This document shows positions 50,349 through 62,703 of a DNA stretch of 64,000 nt, piece after piece. Position numbers and translations under genes: made by a program. Origin of the DNA: Anthoceros angustus (lineage: Eukaryota > Plantae > Anthocerotophyta); NCBI GenBank assembly GCA_010909165.1, contig MU008173.1, forward strand, positions 744,001 through 808,000, in the 5' to 3' direction. Within the stretch, counting starts at the first letter, position 1. Each line of letters starts with the position of its first letter. Below the pieces are notes generated by a model that was given only the letters and a program-made list of their open reading frames with translations, had not been told where the DNA came from and ran no database searches.

Positions 50349-51981
50349 AGAGAGTTTGCAAGACTAGGCTGCAAAGCCTCGTAGATGCTAAAGTCATAGC
50401 TGTCATAGTCGAGTAATCTCTTATCTCCAGATCTTGGTGACACAGACTTTGTGCTACTCTCCTCAACAGGGTTGTTTGAATATGGTTCAGAGGGAGAGGA
50501 GAAGCTTTCTTCAGACTTAGGAGAGTTTCGCTTCTTCCGCTCTTGATAGGAAATCCTCTCTTCGGACTCAAGGTCTTCTTTCTTCGCCAAGCTGATGTCA
50601 GACAATGCATGCAGACTACCCTTTTGTATTTGGTTGCCTTACGTAGATTGCTGACTGTGGACTAGGCAAAGAAAAGGTTTGTTTTCCATGAATTTGCTTA
50701 CTTTGATGACGAGTTCTGCCCGCCTGTGCCCCAAAAGTTTGCAGAGCCAGCGAACGTACAGGGAGACTAAGATTGTCACCTATGGGATTGTGAAAAATCC
50801 TGGCACCCCGATTTGGTATCAGTGCCCCTTGCCACCCAGGTTTTTGATGAAGCACCACAAAGTCCATGTTTGTTGGGCGTTTCTTGGTCTGCTCCGTTTG
50901 TGAGTAGGTCAGGCTGTGGCGCTAGGGCGTTATGAAAGGGAGCACCCATGGCAGCAATCTCTCTTCGTGCCCTCAAGACAACATTTGCGCTGCCATGGCC
51001 AAGTCTGTCCTCCTTGCAATTTTGACGATCGGGCTTCCGGTTAGGCGTAAGTCAGTTGTCCTAGGTGAGGACCTCCCTTCCCTCCTAGCAAATTGCCCTC
51101 GGTGATCTCTCATAATTAAGCTGGCGGCGCGTCTGGGTCTCCTCCGTGGACGAGTAGCTGTTAACTTACGTTCAACACACTCTCTTGCGAAGACACTCAG
51201 AGCGTATAGGAATTGGACCAGTATCACAAGTTCATATATTAGCTACCCTCATGATGCACAATATCATATATGTCATGTGACAAAACCCTAATGTCGTAAT
51301 GGTCAATACACATATAGCCATACTTCATCAAACAAATATGCACACAAACCATTCTTGCCGAGGTTGGTTGGTACCTATTGAAGATATCAACACTTAGTCT
51401 ACGACAAGGCCAAACCTTCATGAACTTTGCGAAGCAAGCTATTGAGTCCACAATTCTGCATGGTGCATAGCACATAGCGTCACAATTAGCAGACTCTCAC
51501 CAACGAGGCCAATTCTTTCAGCTCCGACAATGGCTGTCAATCTATCATATTTAGCCCCAATCAATAAATACAACAGATAATATATTCGTAGACCGCCTGC
51601 AACAACATTACCTCTTACACGCTTGGAACCCAATTAGCCTCACGACAAATATGGAATTCTTTGTCATTCAACTACAATATTTCAAAGAACACAAAATGCA
51701 ACCTTATCTTCAAAGCTCCCTCAAACTTGTCCACAATCCAAGCAATTGCCCAACTAAGCCTTAGAAGCATCAATCTATGGGATATTCGTGCAGGAAGCCA
51801 TCTCTCATGTTGGCGGGGGACTTGTCCACGCTACAAGACTATCGATAGTAGTTGCCCTATAGATATTGGAGAATCAAATGTCTTTTATCCTCGATCTCAA
51901 AAAGGTGCTTTGCAGCCATTATGGACAATGAAGCTTTGTAATGAGGAGTGGTGCCTCCCGTGCCCCGACGTAGATGAGAGT

Positions 51982-52200
51982 AGAATCGAGGAGAAACACA
52001 GAATCGAGGAGGAGCGCAGAACGGAGAAGGAGAGCAGAATAGAGGAGGAGGACAAAACACAGGAGGAGGGTAGAATACTAGAGGAGGAGGGCAGAACACT
52101 GGAGAAGGAGGACAGAACACTGGAGAAGGACGACAGAACACTGGAGAAGGACGACAGAACACTAGAGAAGGACGACAGAACATTGGAAAAGAAGAGCAAA
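51982..52200 (+). repeat. Minisatellite of 18 nt units grading into 21 nt units (RIEEEx to RTLEKDD in frame)
   Basis: agaacactggagaagga(c/g)gac in 4-5 copies at ~52093-52197, preceded by degenerate 18-mers; lies in open frame 51661-52215. Confidence 0.85.
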
Positions 52201-53512
52201 ATATTGGAGCGCTAGAAGAGGGCATAACAAAGGAAGTGGTGTTTCGGACTTCCTCGGTTGGATCGTCAACGCATTCATTGGAGTTGGAATTTGGCGCACG
52301 GGAACTAACTTGACGCAGATGCAGTCATCAATCATTGCTGCCTCCGATAGTATTAGTACCATCACACCGACAACAGCAGAAAGCATTATTGATCAAACTT
52401 GCTGATAGATCAGTTGAGCTGATGGATGAATTCATTGCAATAGCCCTCATATAGTGTGGAGATCAAATAGCTAGGCTTTAGATTAATAGGACCTCTTCAT
52501 TGTAATGAGCTTTTGCTTCTTTGTCATGGGTCTTGGGCCCTCTTTGTCAACTGAATGAGTTCAAGCCTCAAGAGGTATGCCTCCAAATGTTTTCGTAGTC
52601 ACTAGCCATTCTGGACTAACTAAGAAGCTTAGGATTGGTCTAGGAACCTTTTGCTCTTAGTGTGAGAGTAGATGAAGTGCAGGGGCTAGAAGGTTGTCCT
52701 AAAGATCTATCTGGCTCTTTGGCTACAAGACAATGAAGATCAAGCAATGCGGTGAATCCTAGCAAATTGTGTGCTAAGGCCTCATAATTGATGAAGCTAG
52801 ATGTCATAAATCGGATTGGATTGCATATAAAGAGCTCTTTTGACTACAGGGCTTGTGGTTGCAAGAGCTGCTTCCTTGTTCCAGACTGCCTCGGGGAAGG
52901 CAATTGCACTTAATGCAATTTCTGTCAGAAAAGCAAGGGATTTGATGGTAGACAACAATGGAACACCGCTAGAGACTACAGATATTCCAACAAGTCCATT
53001 AGCAGCAGATCTTGAGTTTGAAGGAGCAGCCTTCTTGTTTCAGAAACAATGAAGCTCATTTCTTCCTTACTTGCCCAGCCATCCAACTACTCCACCAAGG
53101 CTTTGCTGAACTTTTTTGTGACAACGGCTCTGTCAGTTCCCAGTCCTAAGAGATCTTCCTTCACCGCGCCTACAACATAGTGGATTTACATCATAAAGGT
53201 GAATGTATTGACCTTTCCTACAAACTACTCTAAACCTAATTCAGACATTTCCCATATACCAAAAAACCCACTCTAGTTAATTGCTGCAAGTACGAATTAA
53301 TATTGAATCCTTCCACATCAGTGATAAAACTCCATCCTACTGTAAATTATTACCAAATAAATATATACTACTACCCATTTCTACTCCTACCCATACCTCC
53401 ACCTAATAAACTCTATTTACCTTCTCATTCAACAACTCTCTCAATCCTTATCGCACACCTCATCCCCCCTCATCCCAATCCCATCTCCTATCTATTCCCA
53501 TCCCCTCCCTCT

Positions 53513-53650
53513 GAGATATGGAGACAAGCCCGATCCTCCCAAGGGCCCTCCTACTTCACGAAGTGTGAGTGAAGCTGGCATGAGGTGTTGCGTGCTTTTG
53601 CGAGGACAGTGCTGAAATGACCAGAGTCAAGCAGAGAGCGGTCCCGACCC
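53513..53650 (+). repeat. ~140 bp dispersed direct repeat, copy 1 (copy 2 at 54536-54679)
   Basis: Both copies share gagatatgg.gacaagcccg, gtgtgagtgaagctg, gacagtgctga and agagtcaagc..agagagcgg. Confidence 0.85.
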
Positions 53651-54089
53651 TTTGTATCGTGATTTATAGCCAATTCCTCAACAAGTTCCATAGTGAATGC
53701 CGTAATGTAGTCTTAGAGCCACGGTTTGTCAAAATGACAGAATGTACTAACCATACTATCAGACAATGCGCGTGTCATATTCAGGCACCACTGTAATTGT
53801 CCTTTACACCTTGCAAACCTTGTAACCTAACAAGACCAAATTTATTTCTAAAATTTTGTTACATACACAATATCGAGGTCTGAGTATCTGATTAATAATA
53901 TTAGATTATATAATATATATTACTCTCTATATGCATACATGGCGAAGATAGTTAGGATGGTGTCTTTGGGAATGACATGGTAGTGAGGAGTTCCATTCGA
54001 GGAGTTCTAATGGAACTCTGTGTTTAAGTAACCCTATGGACGGATCACTGTTGAGATGGGGTACTTCCCATCCTCGATTATTTTGGTGG

Positions 54090-54276
54090 CCTCTATTCTA
54101 AAGCCCTCCTGGATTGTCTCTCTTCCCAAAAGGGCTGCTGTTGTAAAGTTTTGAAGCCCTTGGACATGATACATAATCTTCCTCTATTCGGAAGCCCTTA
54201 AGGGCTGTCTCTTTTCCAAAAAGGGCTGTTGTTGTAAGGTTTTGAAGCCCTTCGACGCCACATGATACATAATCTC
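54090..54276. repeat. ~91 bp tandem duplication
   Basis: cctctattc..aagccct..tgtctct..ccaaaagggctg.tgttgtaa.gttttgaagccctt..catgatacataatct occurs twice (54090, 54181). Confidence 0.9.
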
Positions 54277-54535
54277 CGATGCAAGGCCCTTTAAAATCCT
54301 CTAAATAACATTATACATTATAAGAAAAATAAATATTTGATTGAATTTATCAAAAGGAAAAAAAGATAGTAAGGGTATTGTGAGAGGCAGATAAAACTTT
54401 TGGACCCGCACGCGTCTTCTACGTTGTGCCGTGCAGATCTTGCGAGGCTGTTTGTCTGGCACACATAAATGGCAACGGGGAAATCGAGAACGCTATGGCC
54501 ACCAGAGCGTTCTTGACAAGGAATCACGGGCTGGG

Positions 54536-54679
54536 TGAGATATGGGGACAAGCCCGGCCCCGCCCGGGGCCCTCCGGCTTCACGGAGTGTGAGTGAAGCT
54601 GCCACGGCGTGCTGCGTGCTGTTGCGGCGACAGTGCTGACATGACTAGAGTCAAGCAAAGCAGAGAGCGGCCCCAGCCC
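54536..54679 (+). repeat. ~140 bp dispersed direct repeat, copy 2 (GC-rich version)
   Basis: Aligns by eye with 53513-53650. Confidence 0.85.
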
Positions 54680-56514
54680 GCTGTGCTCTCTCGCTTTGCC
54701 TCGGGCCCGGGGCCCAAGCGTCGAGGCTCCGAGTCTCGGGTCCCACGGCGCCTAGGCCCGGCTCGGGGCTCGGGCTGGGGCTTTCTTTTCATGAATGTCA
54801 GGATCAAATCCCCCGGATCTCTTCTGCCCTGAATGGTGTGTACTTTCTTGCCGCCTGCCATATTAGGGCGATGAGTTGGCGGGGTCAGCATCCGTCAACG
54901 TAGTTATTGGTGCACTAATCGGGTATGATTAGACAGTCGGTTACAGTACGTCGTGGCGCGCCTAATGAAGCTGGTCCAAGTACATACCATACGAAGTAGG
55001 TACACGAGAGGCTGTGATTGGGGCGCAGGCAGCCAATCCCAGGCCGCGGGTCCCGTGTGCTCCAGCGAGGTGGTTGTGAAATTGTTTGCGGGACCGCAGG
55101 GCCCATGTGGCGGGGGAAGCCCGGCTTTCTATTCCAAGGGCGGTGGAAAGCAGCCACCCAAATGCACCCTATCTATTCGCCGATAGGGCTCCGAATGGGC
55201 TGGGCACGCGCGGCGGACGCACCCGGGTTCGAACTCTCGCCTCCGAGATGCGAGGCCGGCAAGCAACCAACTCCGATGCGGCAATGAGAAACATATCTGC
55301 GCCCTGTTGCGCTACAGTCTGACACGGAGATGAGCGTCACAAACGGAACCTGACATGGGTGTTGAGTGCGAGAATTTCGAATAGCGTGCCACTACAGTCG
55401 CAGGTTGTCGGAGACCCTGGACGAGAAGCGAAGAAGCGAAGAGAAAGAGAAGAGAAGAGAAGCGAAGAGGAGAAGGAAGGTTGGATGTCTTGCAGTCCCT
55501 GTCTCTGTCCCTGTGCTGTCACACAAAGCAACAGTCACGGGTTCTTCCCATCCCCGAAGCTGCCACTCGCGGCTCGGGCCGTGCGGCCCGGGCCCCGGGG
55601 CTCGGCGCCATTAAGCGCCCGTGGCTGTTGCCGCGGAGGCTGCCGCACTCATTGGCCGCGGCTGCCCGAAGCTGCAGCCTCAGGCGGAGGGCTGGTTGGT
55701 GCCTTTGTCCCGTCCCTCTCCTCCTCTTCACATCAGTGGCTTGTCTTGCATGTGTGGCGAGTCTGGCGACCTCTCGCACAAAGAGAGATGCTACCGTTGT
55801 GGGACGGGACGTAACGACGACGCCCCTCGCTGCCTCCTGCGTACAGAAACATGCGTGATGTGAGCGGCCGCCCGGGTGAAAGAAAGAGCGCCCAGCAGCA
55901 GCAGCTGTAGCAGCCGCCCAGCTCCGGATCGAGCAGGCCAGAAAAGTTCCATCTCATGCACTCGTTGATGCGCGTGATGCCGTGGTGGGCTCGCCCTGGC
56001 TCGGCTCCGCTCCCATGTATTAGCAGCTCGGTGGCTCCTGCACTGTGCGGTACAGGCGGTGCTGGTGGAATCCGATTCGTTTTCACCCAATTGCACGGCC
56101 CGGTCGGTGCACAGTGCGAATCGGAGTGCGAGCTCATGTAGCCCCCCTGTCGGTTGCTGCCAACGCCCAGCTCGCGCGTTTGTTGTAGGTGGGCGGTGGA
56201 GCAGCTTGTGCGCCGGCCGGGCCAGGGCCGTGCCGGGATGCCATGCCCTTCTTGACGCAGGGGAATTTGCTGGGCGATTAGGGCGGCATTTGGTGGGCGA
56301 TTGGAGCGGAATTTGGTGGGCGATTGGCAATGTGGTGGTGTGGAGAGGACAGGCGGCGAGATGGCCGGCCTGATTGCGGGGAGTGGTTGGGGAAGTTACT
56401 AGGCTGAGGGGGCGCGGTTGCGGTACTAGCTCGCTGCCTTGCAGGGACAAGGGGAGAAGGAGGAAGCAAGACAGAGGAAGAAGAAGGGGAGGAAGGAGGA
56501 GGAAGAGGAAGACG

Positions 56515-58180
56515 ATGGTGGATGTGGAAACGAGCTTCAACACGCACGCGCATGTGGCGGGGCTGAGGCGGCTATCTGCGAGGGCCAATGCGGGGGTGGC
56601 GGCAGGGAGCACGTCCAGGAGGGTGTGCTTCTCGTTCGCGGCGTACGCCAGGAACGTGATCGAGCATCTGAGGCGGTGCCATGTATCGATTGCGAGGGGG
56701 CTGGGGGACGAGGAATTCGAGCGGATCGAGGCGGGCATGGATCACCTTCCCGCCGGATCTGCGGGGGATTCTGCAGGAGGGGCTGCCGGTGGGGGTGGGA
56801 TTTCCGGACTGGAGGCAGGGATCCTCACAGCAGCTGCGGATGCGGCTGAATTTGCCGGTAGCTGGGCTTTTGCACGAGGTGGCCAGGGGGCGCTTCTGGT
56901 GGAAGACGTGGGGGCCGCGCCCGGGGGACGCGGACCAGGCCCTGAAGCTGGCCAAGGTGGCGCTGCGAAGGGCGCCGCTCCTGCTGCCCATCTACAACCA
57001 CTGCTACATCCCCTGCTCGCCCAACCTGGCGGGAAATCCCGTCTTCTTCGTGCACCACAAGGACGTTTTCTACTGCGGCTACGACCTCGCGGACTACTTC
57101 CAGCGGGAGGCCTTTATTCCCCGCGACCTGGACAAGCCGCTGCAATTGTCGATGCCGGAGTCCAAGAAGGCGGATTTAAAGAAGCCGGATTCCATCAAGG
57201 TGCACCCCAGGAAGGAGAGGTCGCAGGCGGCGAGGCTGCGGGTGCGGGAGGATGACGACGGGGAGGGCAGGAAGCTGCCGTGGATAGAGGAGGGGAACGA
57301 GAGTGCGGAGTGCCGGGCTGCGGCGGTGGAGGAGGAGCAGGAGCAGGAGCAGGAGGCGAGGAGGGTGGCTGCCGGGGCGGAGAGCAGCTCCGGGAGGCCG
57401 GAGTCGGAGTCCTGGGGGCGGCATCTGGATTCGCTGGCGCAGGCTTTTGCGAAGGGGTCGCTGGAGACGGTGCCGGCCCGGAAGTCGGATGCCAGCGAGC
57501 CCGTGAGGCAGCCTGATGGGTGGTGGCGGACGTCTTCCGCCATTGATTCTCAGGCCAGTCCCAGGAAGCTGGCGGAGGCGGTGCTTTATGGGCAGACGCT
57601 GCCGGCCCACAACAACCATTTCGTGGAGAAGAGGAAGGACTTTGGGCAGTTCACCATCTCCGCTCCGCCTTGGGCGGCCAAGTCGGCTCGGAGGATAGAG
57701 TTTTGGACTGACCTGGTGGAGAGGAAGCATCTCAACGCGGCCCCTGCTGACAGTCACTTCACGTCATACAAGGTGGAGGGGGATGCCGTGAGGACGGCCC
57801 CGAGGGAGGTGGTGTGGGAGGATCAGGCGCGGAATGAGTTCCGGAGGAAGTTCATGCCCATGTGGCTGACTGGGTATTTGGAAGACCTGGGCACGCAGTT
57901 GAGGAAAGGTGGGTGGAGCGATACGGATGTGGCAGAGATGCTTGAGACGTTGCCGGTGAACGGGAGTGAGCCGCTCAGTAAGCAGCTGCTCGTGGACAGA
58001 CTGTCGGTGCAAGTGGAGATGCTGGCCTCGACTTTGAGGAAGGCAGGGTGGAGCATGCAGGATGTTGCGGAGATTCTCAACTCCAACCCCCTGTGGCAGC
58101 AGAGGAGAGCCATGCCCAAGATCACCCCCGAGCTTGCACTCAAGCTTGGCAAAATTACAGAGTATGTTGACAAGGGATAG
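56515..58180 (+). CDS. Intronless uncharacterised protein of the At3g50340/At5g67020/At2g22790 family; one frameshift at ~56740
   Basis: Frame A: MVDVE..AHVAGLRRLSARA..GLGDEEFERIEAGM. Frame B: ITFPPDLRGILQEGLPVGVGFPDWR..WGPRP..LRRAPLLLPIYNHCYIPCSPNLAGNPVFF..CGYDLADYFQRE, and twin C-terminal LRKxGWS.xDVAE motifs. All match the family as I recall it. Confidence 0.88.
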
Positions 58181-59055
58181 CCACCTACAGACGTACCTGG
58201 GTCCTTTAGCATCCTGATTTTTTTGTGTAGTAAGAAGAGAGAAATTTTGGGAGGGGAACGACCGTTCCTTTCCGTAAACCTTGTGAGGCTTGGTTGTATG
58301 TAGCTCCAGTAACAAAGTGTCCCTTCTTACCTTACCTTCTACTTCCTCTGCAGGCCCCAGGTCTCTCAGCATCTCGTACAGAAATTGTTGCAAAAATGGC
58401 ACCTGCCTCAGATTATGAAACTGTAGAAAAGAGAACAGGGCAGCAGCAGCAGCCGTGGAGTTTCAGGAGTGAAGGCCGTGAGCAAATGGGAAGTCTTGTT
58501 GGAAGAGTGGTACTTAAAGATCATGATGGAAGCCCAGCGGTTGTGGAAGAAGGTTGCTGGCTTCGTTTTGAATGCCCTGGAAGGTACAGTGTGAAACTGC
58601 TTTCCTTGTGAGGCGCTGTATCATAGCAAGCCGTGGTGTAGCTGGTGGGAGCCACTCCTCCTGAGTCTCTGTTCTTTATTTGGGCTAGTCAAAACTTTCG
58701 AGACTTGGCCAAGACGCTTTAGATTGCACTTTGTACAGTTGTAGCACATCTGTAGGAACTTTCATCAGTCCAGCCTGGTCGTCGGTGCAACCTGATGAAA
58801 CTCGTCCTACGTCAGGACTACTCACACTCCTGGACTCTTGCTGAGAAAGCCCAAGGGTTTTGCATCTCCTTCTCTGCTCATGGCTTTCTTGCTTTGCTTT
58901 TGCATCTTTCCTTGATTTGCACGTGCAGACAGACGAGCAAACCAACTGGCAAGCAGTAATCACGGTGCTTCAGATAATGCAGACCTCCAACCTGTGCCGG
59001 TCCGGTGCTTCTGCTGCTTCACTGATGTAGAGCACGAGGCCGGAACTGGGTGACA

Positions 59056-59980
59056 ATGGCTGAGCTCGTATCACCGTCTGTCACTCGTTCTACTGGCGGG
59101 CTAGTCTGCGGCAGGGTGTGGCGGGATGATACCGTGGCACGGTCTGCCCCTGTGCAGAGGAATGAGCGGCGGCGGACTTCATGTCGGTGTGCCTCAAGCT
59201 CAGACCGGGATGGGCCTGGTTTGGTTTCCAGCAGGCATTCCCGTTCGATCGGCAGGTTGGAGGAGTTTGCTCAAGGAGGCGCCTTGGGTCTCGTCATCCT
59301 CGGATCGACCCTTACCTTCCCAGAGTTGGCTTCTGCAGTGGAGCTCTCCGCCTCCAGCTTTGCCGAGCTGCTGGCAAACGAGCCCCAGAATGCACTCTCT
59401 TTGCCTACCTGGACGATACATGTTGCCAGCGTTGCTGAATGGTATTTGCCTTACGGGCGTCCTCGCTCCGCAGATTTGCCTCTTCTCCCCTCTTGATGCA
59501 ATTTACCAAGGAGCAGTCTAGTGAGGCTGGTCTTTGTGTGCGGCAGGGTGACGGCAATGAGCCTCGTGTGGCAATACGGGGGCACACCTGGAAATGCTGC
59601 ATGGAAGGGGTTGGCCTGGGGAATGGTACGTGGGCTTCTGTTGCATTCAGATGCACACACACACGTCTCAGGATAATTAGCTGACACTTTTTTGGAGCAG
59701 GTCCCGTTGCTGGGAGGGGCCATGTGTGCCTGCACATGGCATTTCTTCTACAACGCGAATTCTTTGGATGTGAGGCCAACTTCTCTGCCTGCTGCTGCTG
59801 CTGGTGCTGATGCAACACATTATGCGTGGTGATGCATCTGCCAGCTCATTTCCTTGTTTCTACACTTTGTGCCAGGGCTTGGTGGTGCTTCAAGGAGCAC
59901 TTACTCTCATCGGCAATTTCACACTGTGGATTGCAGCTTTCCGTATTTACATGGCCTCTCAAGAAAAACCCTCTCCTTGA
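59056..59980 (+). CDS. Ycf49-like / DUF2499 plastid-targeted membrane protein (4 exons)
   Basis: Exons 59056-59441, 59547-59625, 59701-59769, 59876-59980 with GT-AG introns give ALSLPTWTIHVASVAEW-VTAMSLVWQYG..WKGLAWGM-VPLLGGAMCACTWHFFYN-GLVVLQGALTLIGNFTL, the Ycf49 signature, after a transit peptide. Confidence 0.93.
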
Positions 59981-60667
59981 GCTCGTCTGCTAGTTCTTGG
60001 CTGGCAATGAAGCCTTGACAGAGCAAAATACGAAATGACGAAACAAGTCTGGAGTATGCGCCATAGTAGACAGTGTAGAAACATAAATCTACAAATGAAG
60101 CTTCCTATCCAAAACCTTGTCGGTGTTTCTGTACTGCACTGTACTGTACTGTTCTTTTATCAATCCAAGGCTAATGGTTCATTGCGAGCACGGTGTAAGG
60201 GTACAACGTGATGCAAGGGCGTGTGGTGGTGGTACACCATCGCTTTTCTTTCGGTAGCTTCAGTTATCGAGGTATTCTCGTATCTCAAAAAGCAGAGAGA
60301 AGAAGCCGATACCCGAATCTCGGTACTCTGCTACAGCAGCAATTCAGAGCTCTTGGGATCCGTTCACAAATTGATTCTCCGACATTGCTGAGGAAGAGAG
60401 AGGTTTATACACAAGCTGCTACAGTTCTACAAAATTGGACAGCCACATGGAAAGTCCACCAAGTAATCTACCTCTGTGGGTGCCTAGCTCAATCCTTCTC
60501 CAGTTGGTGCTGTGGTGTGCCTACTTGTGTAATGGCTATGGTACACTTATGGTACAGCGTTCATTTGATCTGGCTAAAGTCTACATCTGCGGCATGACAA
60601 ATCCATCCACTGGTTTCACTACAACCCCGGGGAGAGATGCCGGCGAACTTGGAGATCGAGTTCCCCA

Positions 60668-62703
60668 TCAAGAATTATGTACATATCCTACATGCCCATG
60701 AACCTCGTCCGAGTTTCCCTGCATCTTGTCAGCATCCCAGTTACTGTTGCTCACCTGCAAGCAAGGCAATGTGGGGTGAGCCTATCCGCCAACTCTGCGC
60801 GTCGGTTATCAGTAACAAAGCATTCATGACCAAGGATAGGGCGGAACAAACTGTGATGAGAAAGCGCAGAGCTGCAACGTGTTCTGGTTGTTCAATCTCA
60901 AGATGGTCAGCATTCGTTAACAGGCTTGTCATCCAGACAATGGCGGAGTTGTCCCTGCACAGTTCCTGCCTCACAGATGCGTCGGCAGCTGCCATTGAGG
61001 CCAACATGCGGACCACCTGAAGAACAAGGACGGATATCATGGCGATGACACACATCACATACGTGAAAATATGACTTGAGATAAATACTACTCACTTCCT
61101 GTACAGAGGTATAATAGGGATCACTGTACCTGAACATTGAGTTCCATCTCTTTGCTAAGTTCCAGAATATTCAACAAGAATTGGATGCCACCGTGCTTCA
61201 CGAACTTGTTGCGGTGTACGAGTCCGGGATCTCCCTGGCACGCTTGCTCTAATATACACAGGCCAGACTGCAGACACGGAAGAACGATACACTGTTAAAC
61301 CAAATTTGTTGAAACCAGGATGTGACACGAAAGAAGAAAAGAGCGAAGAACGACAATATCACACAGTACCAGTAAAAGCTCAGATGAGGTCTCGTTACTG
61401 CGGATTGCATTGAGTACAGGCTTCACCAAGCCGAGCTCAAGTACGCTGGCTTGAATGGCGGAAGTTTTGGACAACATAGACTTCAACACGTGAAGAGCCT
61501 GAACAAGTTAAACACTCAGTCCAGAGAAGCGATTGATAAACCAGTGGTCTCTCTAGATGTTAAGGGTTAGGTCGGTGTCTTACCTTGGTCGTAACTCTCT
61601 CTCCAGCATTTCCGCCAGCAACAACTTCAAGAACAAGGCCAATGCAACCTGTCCTCATCAGCTCTTCCAGCACTCCTGCAAAGCCATGTACCAATAAATT
61701 TTGCGCGCTCTTCATTACTGAGGGAAGACTTTAGATCAGACAAGCTTACCCAACCTTGAAGCACAGCACACTTTACGTACCATCCAGATTTGATTGGCAG
61801 AGGCAGACCACAGCATCCATACAAACATTGTGCTGGCGCTCATCATGCTGCAGACCAAAGGGACCAAATAAGCAGCGAATAAGAACGAAAAAGGAGAAAG
61901 CGAAAACTCATGGCGAGATACAGTAAAAGACATACCGCCTGCCCGACCATGACAGCCAGTTTCCTTATGCCTCCAAGCCTCAAAAATTCAGGATAAACAG
62001 CTTCACAATGGCGGAGAAGGTTTCCCATAGCAAGGAGGGCATTGCACTTGACTGCTTCACTTTCTGCCGACATCAAAGCTACCAGTCGGATAGTTCCAAT
62101 ACCCTTGACCATCTGCAAAGGCCACAGAGAACATCGAATCTAAGATGGAGCACAAGCGACAAGAGATCGAGCACAAGCGACAAGAGATTGAGCAGGGCAT
62201 GTGACCTCCTTCCTTGCTTGTCTCGACCAGGGCAATACAGGTACAGGATCAGTGACACCCTCGAATTACGCACCTTGTTTCGAAGGTTTTCCGCATAGTA
62301 TGATGAGCCTGCTGTCAAAAGAGCGAGCAAATAGATGGCCCCAGCCAACGCAGGGATATCTACCGCGGAAGAGCCCAGAATCCGTACAACCAGATCATAG
62401 CAGCTATCGTCATAGAGGGCAGCAAGCTCGACCTCCAGTTCCTTGCTGCTCTTGTCATCACCATGTTCGTCTTCTAGACAAGCGTCCTGAAAATTGACAA
62501 TATTCGTCAGATCGATACGGCAGAAAGCTGGGCAACACAACAAGGATGGTAAATGGGACAAGCCGCACCTGCAGCACAGTTAATGCTTTGAACAAGAGCT
62601 CGTTAACAACAGCGTTGACAGCTGATGGTCGAAACTTGACGCGATTCGGTGTGGCATATTGCACAAGCTCAGCAGTGGACAGACGCTGAAGTTCAATGTC
62701 CAT
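60668..62703 (-). CDS. ARM/HEAT-repeat protein (~9 exons), family not recognised; start codon uncertain
   Basis: In-phase GT-AG exons give helical ARM-like repeats: AVKCNALLAMGNLLRHC..EFLRLGGIRKL; ALHVLKSML..LELGLVKPVLNAI; FVKHGGIQFLLNIL; VVRMLASMAAADASVRQEL. Putative ATG at 62703 and stop at 60668. Confidence 0.7.

Noticed and set aside
51240-53200. Decayed transposase or pseudogene
   Set aside because: Frames are full of stops and I could not recognise a catalytic motif.
55195-55295. tRNA or SINE-like element (GGTTCGAAC B-box-like motif, minus-strand GAGTTGGTT)
   Set aside because: T-stem and acceptor stem do not pair; no poly-A/T tail or TSD seen.
55300-56500. Many overlapping 60-315 aa ORFs on both strands
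   Set aside because: Expected in very GC-rich leader/promoter DNA; no domain similarity.
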